Shown here: positions 8,556 to 16,946 of the stretch, piece by piece
Layout: every line of letters begins with the position of its first letter
Position numbering within the stretch: the stretch's first letter is position 1
Virus record (IMG/VR): IMGVR_UViG_3300006164_000018
Coordinates: 1 to 40,249 of that record
Direction: 5' to 3' (one strand)
DNA: 40,249 bases
From: a virus
Taxonomy: Duplodnaviria; Caudoviricetes
The notes under the pieces: generated by a model
Database searches by the model: none
The model's input: only the letters and a program-made list of their open reading frames with translations
Told to the model about the DNA's origin: nothing
Made by a program: the position numbers and the translations under genes

Positions 8556-9936
8556 AATTTACTTTCTCTAGGACTTCTATATCATGTCCTTCTTTTTTAT
8601 AATGGCTCTTTCTTTTCTTGGAATGCTTCTCTAAAAATTTGATATTTATGTCCATGAAATCATAAATATAAACCATTGTTTTTGACTCATGAGAGCGTAG
8701 TGCGCGACCTAATGCCTGTAGAGTTGCAATGTAACTTTGAAGTCCTCTGGCGTTAATCAAATGTGTGATTTCCTTTATGTTTACTCCCGTCTGTAGGATC
8801 TTAGTGCCTATTAAACAAGTATACTTACCAGATCGGAAATCATTGATAGCTTGATACCTTTCGGAGATGTTATCGTTTCCTCTAATATATTTAGAGTTAG
8901 GAATAGCTTTAGCTAAGGTTTTACCGTGTTCAATATTTTGAACAATAATAACTATACGGTTTGTCTTTATCTTTTGTGCCTTATCCGTAATAGTTTTTAT
9001 TATACCGTTTCTAAACTTGTTCTGTATAATATACTTCTTGTAAATTTCTATGTAAGGATCATCATCATCGTAAACATGATCCTTATAATCAATGGGTATA
9101 AGTTGAATTAAAGGCTTAACAAGAGTTCCCTTCTCCACTAACTCCTGTGTGGTTATAATCTTACGCACAGGACCAAGCGCACCGACTAGATTATAATAAG
9201 GTATCTTATCTTTAGGAACAGTAGCAGTCATCCCAATTCTATAAGTAGCTGAAGGGAAGGACTCTATTGCAGCTATCCTAGTATCGCCATTAGCAAACTC
9301 ATGGACCTCATCAATCATAAGTAGTTCAGTCTCTTCTAAGTGAGTATCTAGAATATTTTCTATGCTTTGTACTGTAGATAGCATAATATCCCCATAAAGG
9401 AAATCTTCCCCATAGTTTATACCAATATTCTTTAATTTGCATTCGTCAACAAAGAAATCATAAGTTTGTTTTAGGATTTGCTTTTCACTAAACAAAATGA
9501 GCATTTTCCTATTCCCTAGGGATTTAATAATACCTGCCATGATTACAGTTTTACCACTAGCTGTAGCTGATTCAATCACACAGTTTTTATCCTTTAAGGC
9601 AGTCTTAATAAGTTCTTCCTGATAATCGTAATATTTAAAACCCTTTATCTTTTTAAGTTTGGGGGTACTAGAATCAGAGTTATATCCCTTATATGACTTT
9701 ATCTTAGGGATACAATCAATCTTCTTAAGCGTATTTAGGATATCCTCCAATAAACCGTTCTTAAAGTATCCTGCGGCAGTAATAAAATGCTTCTTACCGT
9801 CCCATCTACGTCTTCTATAAGCCTGTGAGTATTCCGCTCCTTTTATTTTTACTGCGTATATATCACATAGAGCAGCCAATAACTTAGGATTATCGGTGAC
9901 TATTTTAGATTTTAATTTCCCAACTTCAATATACAT
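8539..9936 (-). CDS. uvsW: Superfamily 2 DNA helicase, UvsW-like
   Basis: Q motif YDYQ, Walker A SATASGKT, DEVH, MTAT, TGVNI and QALGRALR. Start placed at ATG 9936 (MYIEVG). Confidence 0.85.
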   Translation of the reverse strand: MYIEVGKLKSKIVTDNPKLLAALCDIYAVKIKGAEYSQAYRRRRWDGKKHFITAAGYFKNGLLEDILNTLKKIDCIPKIKSYKGYNSDSSTPKLKKIKGFKYYDYQEELIKTALKDKNCVIESATASGKTVIMAGIIKSLGNRKMLILFSEKQILKQTYDFFVDECKLKNIGINYGEDFLYGDIMLSTVQSIENILDTHLEETELLMIDEVHEFANGDTRIAAIESFPSATYRIGMTATVPKDKIPYYNLVGALGPVRKIITTQELVEKGTLVKPLIQLIPIDYKDHVYDDDDPYIEIYKKYIIQNKFRNGIIKTITDKAQKIKTNRIVIIVQNIEHGKTLAKAIPNSKYIRGNDNISERYQAINDFRSGKYTCLIGTKILQTGVNIKEITHLINARGLQSYIATLQALGRALRSHESKTMVYIYDFMDINIKFLEKHSKKRKSHYKKEGHDIEVLEKVNYEEQD

Positions 9937-9980
9937 ACTATAATATAATAGTACTATATTAGGTACACAGACCAAATATT

Positions 9981-10730
9981 ATGAAAGAACAAGACATTCC
10001 ACAAGCTAATACTTCTCAAGAAGATATTATTGCAAACATTTTAGAATTCCTACCTGCTGAATGCGGTATGGAGGTTGATCTCCCCTCAAGGGGGCAATTC
10101 TACCAAAATAAACAAGGCAGAGTTACTGTTAAACCTCTTGATTTTGAAGGAGAGAAAAAGATATTATCCTTAAAAAGGTCAGATCTTAGCCCTATTGATG
10201 TACTATTAGATATGTGCGTAGAAGGTATTGATACACAAGATCTATGCTCTATGGATAGATTATATTTAATTCTTAAGATTAGAGAAGCTTCTCACGGAGA
10301 GGAACTTACAACTACAGCCTCCTGTAAGTACTGTGAAACAGAGGCAGAACTTAATATTATGCTATCTCAGTTAAATACTACTTATGTTCCCGAGGATATG
10401 ACTGATCCTAGAACTATTCATTTAGAAGAGCTTAAAAAGGACATTGAAATACGAATGCCTAGGGTTAGGGACGATAAGCACCTTAAATCTCCAGACATGG
10501 TTATGTCTAATTTATGGAGATTTGTAGTAAGTATTGACGGAGTTACATCCTCTCCTATTATCTCTCAGATTATCCCTAAACTTCCCACAAAAGATCGTCA
10601 TAAGCTAATTAAAGAGATTATGAATATAGATTATGGGGTAGATACCAAAGTAAAGTTTGAATGTGATGAGTGTGAAAGGGTAAATATTATAGACCTTCCT
10701 CTCACAGAAGATTTTTTTACCGTGAAGTAA
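9981..10730 (+). CDS. T4 gp26-like baseplate hub assembly / tail chaperone protein
   Basis: VDLPSRG, VKPL...EK, DRLYLILKIR..S.G, two CxxC pairs (CKYC, CDEC) and C-terminal DFF. Confidence 0.8.
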   Translation: MKEQDIPQANTSQEDIIANILEFLPAECGMEVDLPSRGQFYQNKQGRVTVKPLDFEGEKKILSLKRSDLSPIDVLLDMCVEGIDTQDLCSMDRLYLILKIREASHGEELTTTASCKYCETEAELNIMLSQLNTTYVPEDMTDPRTIHLEELKKDIEIRMPRVRDDKHLKSPDMVMSNLWRFVVSIDGVTSSPIISQIIPKLPTKDRHKLIKEIMNIDYGVDTKVKFECDECERVNIIDLPLTEDFFTVK

Positions 10731-10783
10731 TAAATCAACGTGAGCTAAATGATTTATTACAAGAAGCTTATATCCTAGTTCAC
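10712..10783 (+). promoter_or_regulatory. -1 programmed ribosomal frameshift signal: slippery heptamer plus predicted pseudoknot
   Basis: T TTT TTT at 10712-10718 in the correct phase; perfect 11-bp stem 10727-10737/10750-10760; second stem 10740-10747/10776-10783 (8 bp, one G-U). Confidence 0.8.
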
Positions 10784-10894
10784 AGGCTGGGCTTTTCGTA
10801 CTTTGATGTAAAAGGTCTTACGAGACTAGATAGGGCCATTTTCTTAGGCATGTATAAGGAAGAACTAGAAAGAGAAGAGAAACTATACTCATGA
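10718..10894 (+). CDS. -1 frame extension of the gp26-like gene (gp51/GT-like C-terminal domain); absent from the ORF track
   Basis: 58 open codons, YREVINQRELNDLLQEAYILVHRLGFSYFDVKGLTRLDRAIFLGMYKEELEREEKLYS, with no ATG until codon 45. Fills the gap exactly, and its TGA overlaps the next ATG (ATGA 10891-10894). Confidence 0.8.
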   Translation, partial: YREVINQRELNDLLQEAYILVHRLGFSYFDVKGLTRLDRAIFLGMYKEELEREEKLYS

Positions 10895-11820
10895 AAGTAA
10901 ACTCAGTTGAAGTAATTGAACGTCATAATAGACCTGATGTTCTACAGAAAGTAGGGCTTAGGACCTTATTCTATAATGACGGTGTTCTAGTTGATCCCTA
11001 CGAGATTAGCTCAGTTACCGTATTCTCTAAAGATGCTAACTTTAGTCCTAGTACTATACTAGATGGTAATAACTTAGATAGCTCTGCCGCATCTGCCCTT
11101 GTTCATATGGGCTTCGGAACTTCTGCTCAGTTAACATCTAACTCAGTCTTTGATGCAAGTAACTATACTGCGGGGACTACTGCTAGTGGAATCTTTAAAG
11201 TAGGTACTGGGGATTATGTAGTTATTCTAGACGGTACTTTAAATCTATCTGGAGAATATGAGGGAGTTGTTACTAGCAACTCTGCATCTGTTACAAAAGA
11301 ATACATTGATGTTTGGACTGTTAAGATGGCAGCGGGATCATCTTACAAAGCTCTGATTGGTGAGTTTGAGTTATTTGACGATACATTCTTTACTACTACT
11401 GAGCCTCTAATCCTTAGTACTACTACTAAGCTAATCAAGAAGCATTTCAAACTAGGAAGTAAAGAGAAGCTGAGGGTAACGTCCCAAATCAATCTAGAGA
11501 ATGAAATGGATCTAGCTATGCAGAATATCTTTAAAGATTCTGTTCTGTCAGACGCTAAGTTCAGGATAGTTAAGCTAAATGAAGGATCTCATCTAGCTAA
11601 TCATGTGGAAGTGTCAGGATTCTCTGATACATCAGGTTTAATTGATATTACATCCAATAATGATATGTTACTGCTTTGGAATACCAATGACCTAAAAACT
11701 CACGCTAAAACTCTTACAGGTGAACTAGGATCTATCACAGGCACGTATATGCTACAGGTACAATATAATGTGTTAGATGAGATTGTTCAATCTCCGGACT
11801 TCTACTTTATAGTGAATTAA
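10891..11820 (+). CDS. Hypothetical virion structural protein
   Basis: 309 aa, beta-strand and Ser/Thr rich; coupled to the upstream extension ORF. Confidence 0.6.
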   Translation: MKVNSVEVIERHNRPDVLQKVGLRTLFYNDGVLVDPYEISSVTVFSKDANFSPSTILDGNNLDSSAASALVHMGFGTSAQLTSNSVFDASNYTAGTTASGIFKVGTGDYVVILDGTLNLSGEYEGVVTSNSASVTKEYIDVWTVKMAAGSSYKALIGEFELFDDTFFTTTEPLILSTTTKLIKKHFKLGSKEKLRVTSQINLENEMDLAMQNIFKDSVLSDAKFRIVKLNEGSHLANHVEVSGFSDTSGLIDITSNNDMLLLWNTNDLKTHAKTLTGELGSITGTYMLQVQYNVLDEIVQSPDFYFIVN

Positions 11821-12796
11821 TAGAGATATAATAAAAATCATAAAGCACAGTGTTGTTAGTGATATGCTTTAACAAGTCAATATCCTTCTCATGTGCTTCA
11901 CACCAATCCTTGCAGTTATCAGGAGGAACGGTAATAAAAAGGCTATTCATGGATAGCCTTTTTCGTGTCTTCTCTAACCGTTCTAGAGCAATGATACCAG
12001 CAGGATCAGTATCAAACCCCGATACTAATCTTCCACCATACTCTTTAAGCATTTCTAATTGAACGTTAGAGCAACTTGCACCGAAGACACAAGTGGAGTT
12101 AACTCCTTGTAGTTGTAGAGCTATAGCATCGAAGATACCTTCACAGATTACTACATAAGGTTCACCGTAATCAAAAGGATATAAAATATGAGAAGCTTTA
12201 GTAAACTTCTCTCTAGGAGAGTGCATGTATTTTATTACACTTCCCACTAAGTCTCTAGCAGTCCAGAAGAACATTTCCCCGTCTTCCATTAAAGGAATTA
12301 TAAGCCTTCCCTGATTATCCCCTTCTTTAGTAATATAATACTTTTGAGCGGGAATATCATTAGAGAAATCAAACAGTTTGCGGTCCAATAAATAGGTAAA
12401 GGCTAACTGTACATCGGGATCTGTATTCTCTACATCATTAAGTGTAATCTCGATCCAATCCTTAGGAATGCCTGTAGATTTACGTATAACCTCTTCTTCC
12501 ATAGGCTTAGAGCTTAGAAGATCAATACCGTCTAAAGACTTATAAAGAAATCTGCGAACTGCTTGTTTATACGTAACCCTTTCAAGATGACTGTATAAAT
12601 GGAATATATTGCCTTGGCGTGATGTGGTTCCAAATACTCTCCATAGCCCCGTACTAAGATTAATACTAAATCTAGGTTTTTCATCACCATCAGGAAAAGG
12701 AGAGTTAGTTACAAGTTCGTTGGTGTAAAGTTTGTAGTCATGGAACTTACTAAAGATATAATCTTCTATAAGAGATTCTGGAATATCATATTTCAT
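11807..12796 (-). CDS. DnaG-type (TOPRIM) DNA primase
   Basis: GRLIIP, WTARDL, KY, ICEGIFDA and GFDTDPAG (DxD), KDW. Start 12796 gives an ATGA overlap with the upstream nuclease gene. Confidence 0.9.
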   Translation of the reverse strand: MKYDIPESLIEDYIFSKFHDYKLYTNELVTNSPFPDGDEKPRFSINLSTGLWRVFGTTSRQGNIFHLYSHLERVTYKQAVRRFLYKSLDGIDLLSSKPMEEEVIRKSTGIPKDWIEITLNDVENTDPDVQLAFTYLLDRKLFDFSNDIPAQKYYITKEGDNQGRLIIPLMEDGEMFFWTARDLVGSVIKYMHSPREKFTKASHILYPFDYGEPYVVICEGIFDAIALQLQGVNSTCVFGASCSNVQLEMLKEYGGRLVSGFDTDPAGIIALERLEKTRKRLSMNSLFITVPPDNCKDWCEAHEKDIDLLKHITNNTVLYDFYYISINSL

Positions 12797-13521
12797 TTTG
12801 AAAACAAGGGGCATTGATTTTTAAATTGACACCAATTGCAATACTCGTTCTTCTGTGGGCAAAGCTGATCTTTCTTTAGTTTTCTAATCTTCCACATTTT
12901 ATCTACCATCATTCTTTGGTAGTTATTGATCTGAGCGCGACTGTATTGGATAGTAACGAAGTTGTCTGTTACAGGATAATAGTGGGCGCAGACTATATTT
13001 TCTGGCAAAGCGTTGTATTGTTTTGCGATAGCATAAGCGTACCCCATCATCTGAGTATCGCTGTATAGGTCGAATTGAGACTTCTCACGCTTACTAGTCT
13101 TATAATCAATAACGAGGTAGCCTCCTGCGGTCCCCTGTACTACTCGGTCAATGATTCCATTAACGGTCATATCAGGTCCTATTTCGGCTTGATATCTAAG
13201 TTCGACTCCTACTGTCTTAGAAAGTCCTGCGTTGAATCTGAGGAAGTTTATAAGACATTTTTCTATTTTCTTCTCAGAGTATTTCTTAGGGTTGAAAGGG
13301 TACTCAGATCTAACACCCTCAGCAATAACCTGAAGTTCTGAAACAGAGTTCTTTTCGTATCCGTCTTCTAGAATCCTATGAATAAAAGATCCAAAACGAA
13401 GAGCATTCATATCCTGATCAGGGTCTGGATCAGCCCTTTCTACATATTGCTTCTTATACTTTAGTTTACATTGATCGAATGTAGTTAGTTTCGAGTTACT
13501 TAACGTGTTACAGAATACCAA
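12793..13521 (-). CDS. PD-(D/E)xK RecB/AddB/Cas4-like exonuclease with probable 4Fe-4S cluster
   Basis: FGSFIH, VE, GIIDRV, IDYKT and QMMGY motifs; one N-terminal Cys plus C-terminal CNWC-x5-C. Confidence 0.9.
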   Translation of the reverse strand: MVFCNTLSNSKLTTFDQCKLKYKKQYVERADPDPDQDMNALRFGSFIHRILEDGYEKNSVSELQVIAEGVRSEYPFNPKKYSEKKIEKCLINFLRFNAGLSKTVGVELRYQAEIGPDMTVNGIIDRVVQGTAGGYLVIDYKTSKREKSQFDLYSDTQMMGYAYAIAKQYNALPENIVCAHYYPVTDNFVTIQYSRAQINNYQRMMVDKMWKIRKLKKDQLCPQKNEYCNWCQFKNQCPLFSK

Positions 13522-13804
13522 GTCTTCCTCCTATAATGGGTTTATATATTTCTATATCTATGGATTCAAAGAAGTTTTTAACTTGAGTCTCTGAATATTT
13601 ACATTTGTTTGTTAAGTACTTGAATAAGTCATTAACGTGCATTGGCCTCTTAGAATTTAAAGAGTGCAGTAACCTAAATTGAAAATGTTTAAGAAACTGC
13701 ACTGAATACTTCATGGACCACTTATCTATAAATTCATTAGAAACCGTAAAGTTTATTAAATCTAGGATTTCTAATAGCTCTATATCTATGTTATTGTATT
13801 GCAT
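13508..13804 (-). CDS. Hypothetical protein, first gene of the nuclease-primase operon
   Basis: 98-aa ORF overlapping the nuclease start by 14 nt. Confidence 0.65.
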   Translation of the reverse strand: MQYNNIDIELLEILDLINFTVSNEFIDKWSMKYSVQFLKHFQFRLLHSLNSKRPMHVNDLFKYLTNKCKYSETQVKNFFESIDIEIYKPIIGGRLGIL

Positions 13805-13881
13805 ATGATTTTAAATAGTAACCTTTTTTTTCTTTAGGGTTATTTTACTGTTTAGTATATTCCAAACATAATCTATTAGGT

Positions 13882-13895
13882 CTAATATATATTAG
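13882..13895. promoter_or_regulatory. Perfect 14-bp palindrome in a divergent promoter region
   Basis: CTAATATATATTAG equals its own reverse complement; imperfect palindrome ACGGTTTTAAAAAATCGT follows at 13901-13918. Confidence 0.45.
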
Positions 13896-13934
13896 TGGAC
13901 ACGGTTTTAAAAAATCGTACAAATATCGAAAAAC

Positions 13935-14366
13935 ATGCCAAAATCCAATAAAAAACGATTAAACCTGAGACATCTAGGCTTTAAGACTAAAACTATGACC
14001 TCTAAGAGAGCGAGTAAGTCTTCCGCTATGATATCGCCCGGAGACATAATTATGTTCACCTATCCTAGAAAGCTAGGAAATTACTTGGATATGCCCATAC
14101 CCGTTTTAGCTCTAGTTGTAGCAAGAAAGGGTAAAGGAGGGTCATCTTTATATATTAGTGGTAAGAAAAATAAACTTTTATCTGTGTTCGATATTAGTGA
14201 AGCCAGCCCAGAAGTTGTGAAAATAATAATAAGAGAGCTATATAAGAATAGAAGAAGATGTACTTATTCTATTGTAAAAGGGCTCGTATCCATATTGGGT
14301 CCAGATACTTACAGAACTTTTAATGCTAAGAGAGTTAGCACCTTATATGAAATTTTCCTTAACTAA
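13935..14366 (+). CDS. Basic protein, possibly T4 gp2-like DNA end protector
   Basis: K/R rich; PGDIIMFTY...P..VKIIIRELYK...YSIVKG...YRTF loosely recalls gp2. The ORF is solid; the function is tentative. Confidence 0.4.
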   Translation: MPKSNKKRLNLRHLGFKTKTMTSKRASKSSAMISPGDIIMFTYPRKLGNYLDMPIPVLALVVARKGKGGSSLYISGKKNKLLSVFDISEASPEVVKIIIRELYKNRRRCTYSIVKGLVSILGPDTYRTFNAKRVSTLYEIFLN

Positions 14367-15844
14367 TGGCAAAAAAAAATAATAGCGATGTCAACGAGGC
14401 AATCAACGCGGCAGCGTTAGCTAGACAGATAGCGGTATACGGAAAGATAGCAGATACCTTAATTGCCTCTATAGGCTCTGCTGTAGACTCATTTGACAAA
14501 TACCAAAAGCCTTTACTAGGTTTAGGGTTATCTTTAGATAGCGTCCCAGCGTCAATAAAACAGGCAGCGATGGATATACCCGTTGGTCTTAATGATGCTA
14601 TGGGTACTATTACAGAATCTTTCCAAGCAGGATTGTTCGCTGTAGATAAAAGTACTTTAACCTTAGCAGGAAGGATGAAAGCGACAGGTGAGAACTCTAT
14701 GCTACTATTTAAGAGCATTAGATCTCTAAATGCTGTAATGGGCGAAAACACAGAAAACTTGTCAACCAGTTTGCGTGAAACTTCAGATTCATTCCATATA
14801 AGTACAACTTCTCTTATTACTGTACTTACCTCATTAGAGTCTGTGTTTGAAAAAACTCGTACTTTAGCTGATACGGATAGCCTTCAAAAGATGATTACTA
14901 ATTTTACGGGGGAAGTTGGAGCAGGACAGGAAAAGAATGTAACTAGATTATTTACTAGTTTGATTGACCCGTCTATAAAATCTCTAACGCAAGCTACTCT
15001 CTTAGGACTAGAGGATTTTAGAAAATCAGCCCTAACTGACCCAGGAAGCGTAAACGAAAAAGATCTTATGGCTCTAATGCCTCAGGCAGTACAAAGGATG
15101 GAGGATTTTATTGGAGATAGTATATTAATGCAAGACGAATCTGCAACTATTTTCGGTGACATGGGACTTTCCCTAGGAAGTCTACAAAACTCACTAAAAT
15201 CTATGAGTGCTGCTCAAAAAGAATCTCTTGCATTAAATAAAGATTTTGGTACTTCTTGGAATGCATTTAAGGGCGAGTTCCTAAAACCATTACTTGACAT
15301 AGGTGTAAAATCAATGAACTTTATGATGAAGGGTTTTAACTTACTTGGTAAGTATTTGACTTCTCTCATAGCTCTAGGTACAATTATAGCAGGTTATAAG
15401 AAGGCAGAATTCTTATCCAAAGGAGTATCTAAAGCGGGAGGGGTTGCTTTTATGGGATTAGGTAAGAGAATATTTGCACCTATACTTGCTGCCCTTGTAC
15501 CTTTGGCAGGAATACTTGCACCTATTATAGCAATTGCTTCTACTGTGACTCTTATATATGGACTTTTTAATTTGTTTAGTGATAATAAGAAAAAAGAGGC
15601 AGATGAAGCAGCATTAACAAGTCAAAAAAGTATCGCAGATATAAAGTCTAGATTCTCTGAAACACTTAAGGACGAACTTTCCGGAGTTTTATCTTTCATT
15701 CAGCTAAATAGCTCTAGTCAACTTGATGCACTAACGAACATTAATGAGGCAATACACTTAACAGGTAATGAGACTGCTGCCTCAGTACGGGAAAGTAAGA
15801 GCTTTATAACTAGAGCAATGTTAGAGGGAGCAACAACAACATAA
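14366..15844 (+). CDS. Tape measure protein (short)
   Basis: Helical, A/S/L rich, with hydrophobic IFAPILAALVPLAGILAPIIAIASTVTLIYGLF segment; lies directly upstream of tube-initiator and LysM genes. Confidence 0.7.
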   Translation: MAKKNNSDVNEAINAAALARQIAVYGKIADTLIASIGSAVDSFDKYQKPLLGLGLSLDSVPASIKQAAMDIPVGLNDAMGTITESFQAGLFAVDKSTLTLAGRMKATGENSMLLFKSIRSLNAVMGENTENLSTSLRETSDSFHISTTSLITVLTSLESVFEKTRTLADTDSLQKMITNFTGEVGAGQEKNVTRLFTSLIDPSIKSLTQATLLGLEDFRKSALTDPGSVNEKDLMALMPQAVQRMEDFIGDSILMQDESATIFGDMGLSLGSLQNSLKSMSAAQKESLALNKDFGTSWNAFKGEFLKPLLDIGVKSMNFMMKGFNLLGKYLTSLIALGTIIAGYKKAEFLSKGVSKAGGVAFMGLGKRIFAPILAALVPLAGILAPIIAIASTVTLIYGLFNLFSDNKKKEADEAALTSQKSIADIKSRFSETLKDELSGVLSFIQLNSSSQLDALTNINEAIHLTGNETAASVRESKSFITRAMLEGATTT

Positions 15845-16695
15845 TGGCAAAATCCGAAGATAGACAAGGAATCTTATCATTCCTTTGGTTCTGGTTCTTC
15901 CAGCATGGAAAGACTAGCCCAGTTAAAATAAAATTACCTTTCATTGAGAATATTGATGTAAAGGAATCACAGAAAGCAAACCTAGTAAAGTACCAACCTT
16001 TAGGAAGGGCAGGAAGTCTGTTCACTTATACGGGAGCAGAATCTAGAAAGCTTAAGTTATCATTCAATTTCACCTTTGATAATGTGACTAAACTTAGTCC
16101 TGAAATGCCTTATGCCTATATTAAAGGGCCTAACTGGAGCGATTTCTCGGACGAAGAACAGTTCTTTGACCCATCTAATCAGGTTAAAAGTGATGCCTAT
16201 GAAGCCTTCTCAAGAATAGATAGCGAGCGGAAAGACAACGAAAGAGACAATTATACTACTCAGATTGTAATGTACTGGGTAAACCTTATTAGGTCATCTG
16301 TCTTAAATAATGTAGAAGACCCCACTCTACCTCCTCCCCTTATTAGATTATCACATGGAACTATGTATAGAAACGTTCCGTGTATCTGTCATGCTTATAA
16401 TATTTCTCATGAGGAGAATGCTGGTTATGAGAGAGCTTCATTCCTACCTCGCAGAATCAAAGTTAGTATGGATCTTAGTGAAGTTAGACTTGATCAGCTT
16501 AATTCTGACTCTAAATTCAAGGAGACTGATATTCTTACTGAAATTACTACCGGAGGTTCTGATAAACTTAAAGGATGGGAAACTGTTATCAGAGGTGAAA
16601 GTTTAGATCCTTCAATGAAAACAGTAGTAAGTATACTTAAAGGAGAATCAGTAGATGTATTTGACACAACTAATCCCTTAGGAGGACTAGGTTAA
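15844..16695 (+). CDS. Baseplate tail-tube initiator (gp48/gp54/gpU-like)
   Basis: YQPLGRAGSLFTYTGAESRKLKLSF and PPLIRL...VPCIC...PRRIKVSMDL motifs; position after tape measure. Confidence 0.7.
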   Translation: MAKSEDRQGILSFLWFWFFQHGKTSPVKIKLPFIENIDVKESQKANLVKYQPLGRAGSLFTYTGAESRKLKLSFNFTFDNVTKLSPEMPYAYIKGPNWSDFSDEEQFFDPSNQVKSDAYEAFSRIDSERKDNERDNYTTQIVMYWVNLIRSSVLNNVEDPTLPPPLIRLSHGTMYRNVPCICHAYNISHEENAGYERASFLPRRIKVSMDLSEVRLDQLNSDSKFKETDILTEITTGGSDKLKGWETVIRGESLDPSMKTVVSILKGESVDVFDTTNPLGGLG

Positions 16696-16946
16696 TGAAT
16701 ATAAAAAGAGAAATTATAACACATAAAGGGCATAGAGTAAGCACTTCTATCCTAGGAAATCAGATAAATGAAACCAATGAAGGTTATAGAACGGGAATAG
16801 TTCCACCTAATTTCGAACATAGACCTGACTTGATTGCCAAAGTCTTCTATAATAAACCAGAGATGTTCTGGAGATTGATGATTATCAATGGTGTATCTGA
16901 TCCATTTGAAGGCTTTAACTCTAACGACATTATATTTTTGCCATGA
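16695..16946 (+). CDS. LysM-type baseplate wedge protein (gp53/gpX-like)
   Basis: RPDLIAKVFY...FWRLMIINGVSDPF...IIFLP. Confidence 0.8.
   Translation: MNIKREIITHKGHRVSTSILGNQINETNEGYRTGIVPPNFEHRPDLIAKVFYNKPEMFWRLMIINGVSDPFEGFNSNDIIFLP

Noticed and set aside
10740-10771. Alternative second stem (10740-10746 with 10765-10771) for the frameshift pseudoknot
   Set aside because: It is weaker (two G-U pairs) and leaves only a 4-nt loop to span an 11-bp stem; pairing with 10776-10783 is preferred.
13905-13915. TTTTAAAAAAT shared with 38390-38400 as a regulatory motif
   Set aside because: It is a low-complexity A/T run that could easily recur by chance in AT-rich intergenic DNA.
14371-14379. A9 homopolymer at the start of the tape measure gene as a phase-variation site
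   Set aside because: It encodes an ordinary Lys-rich N-terminus of a presumably essential gene, and nothing else suggests slippage.
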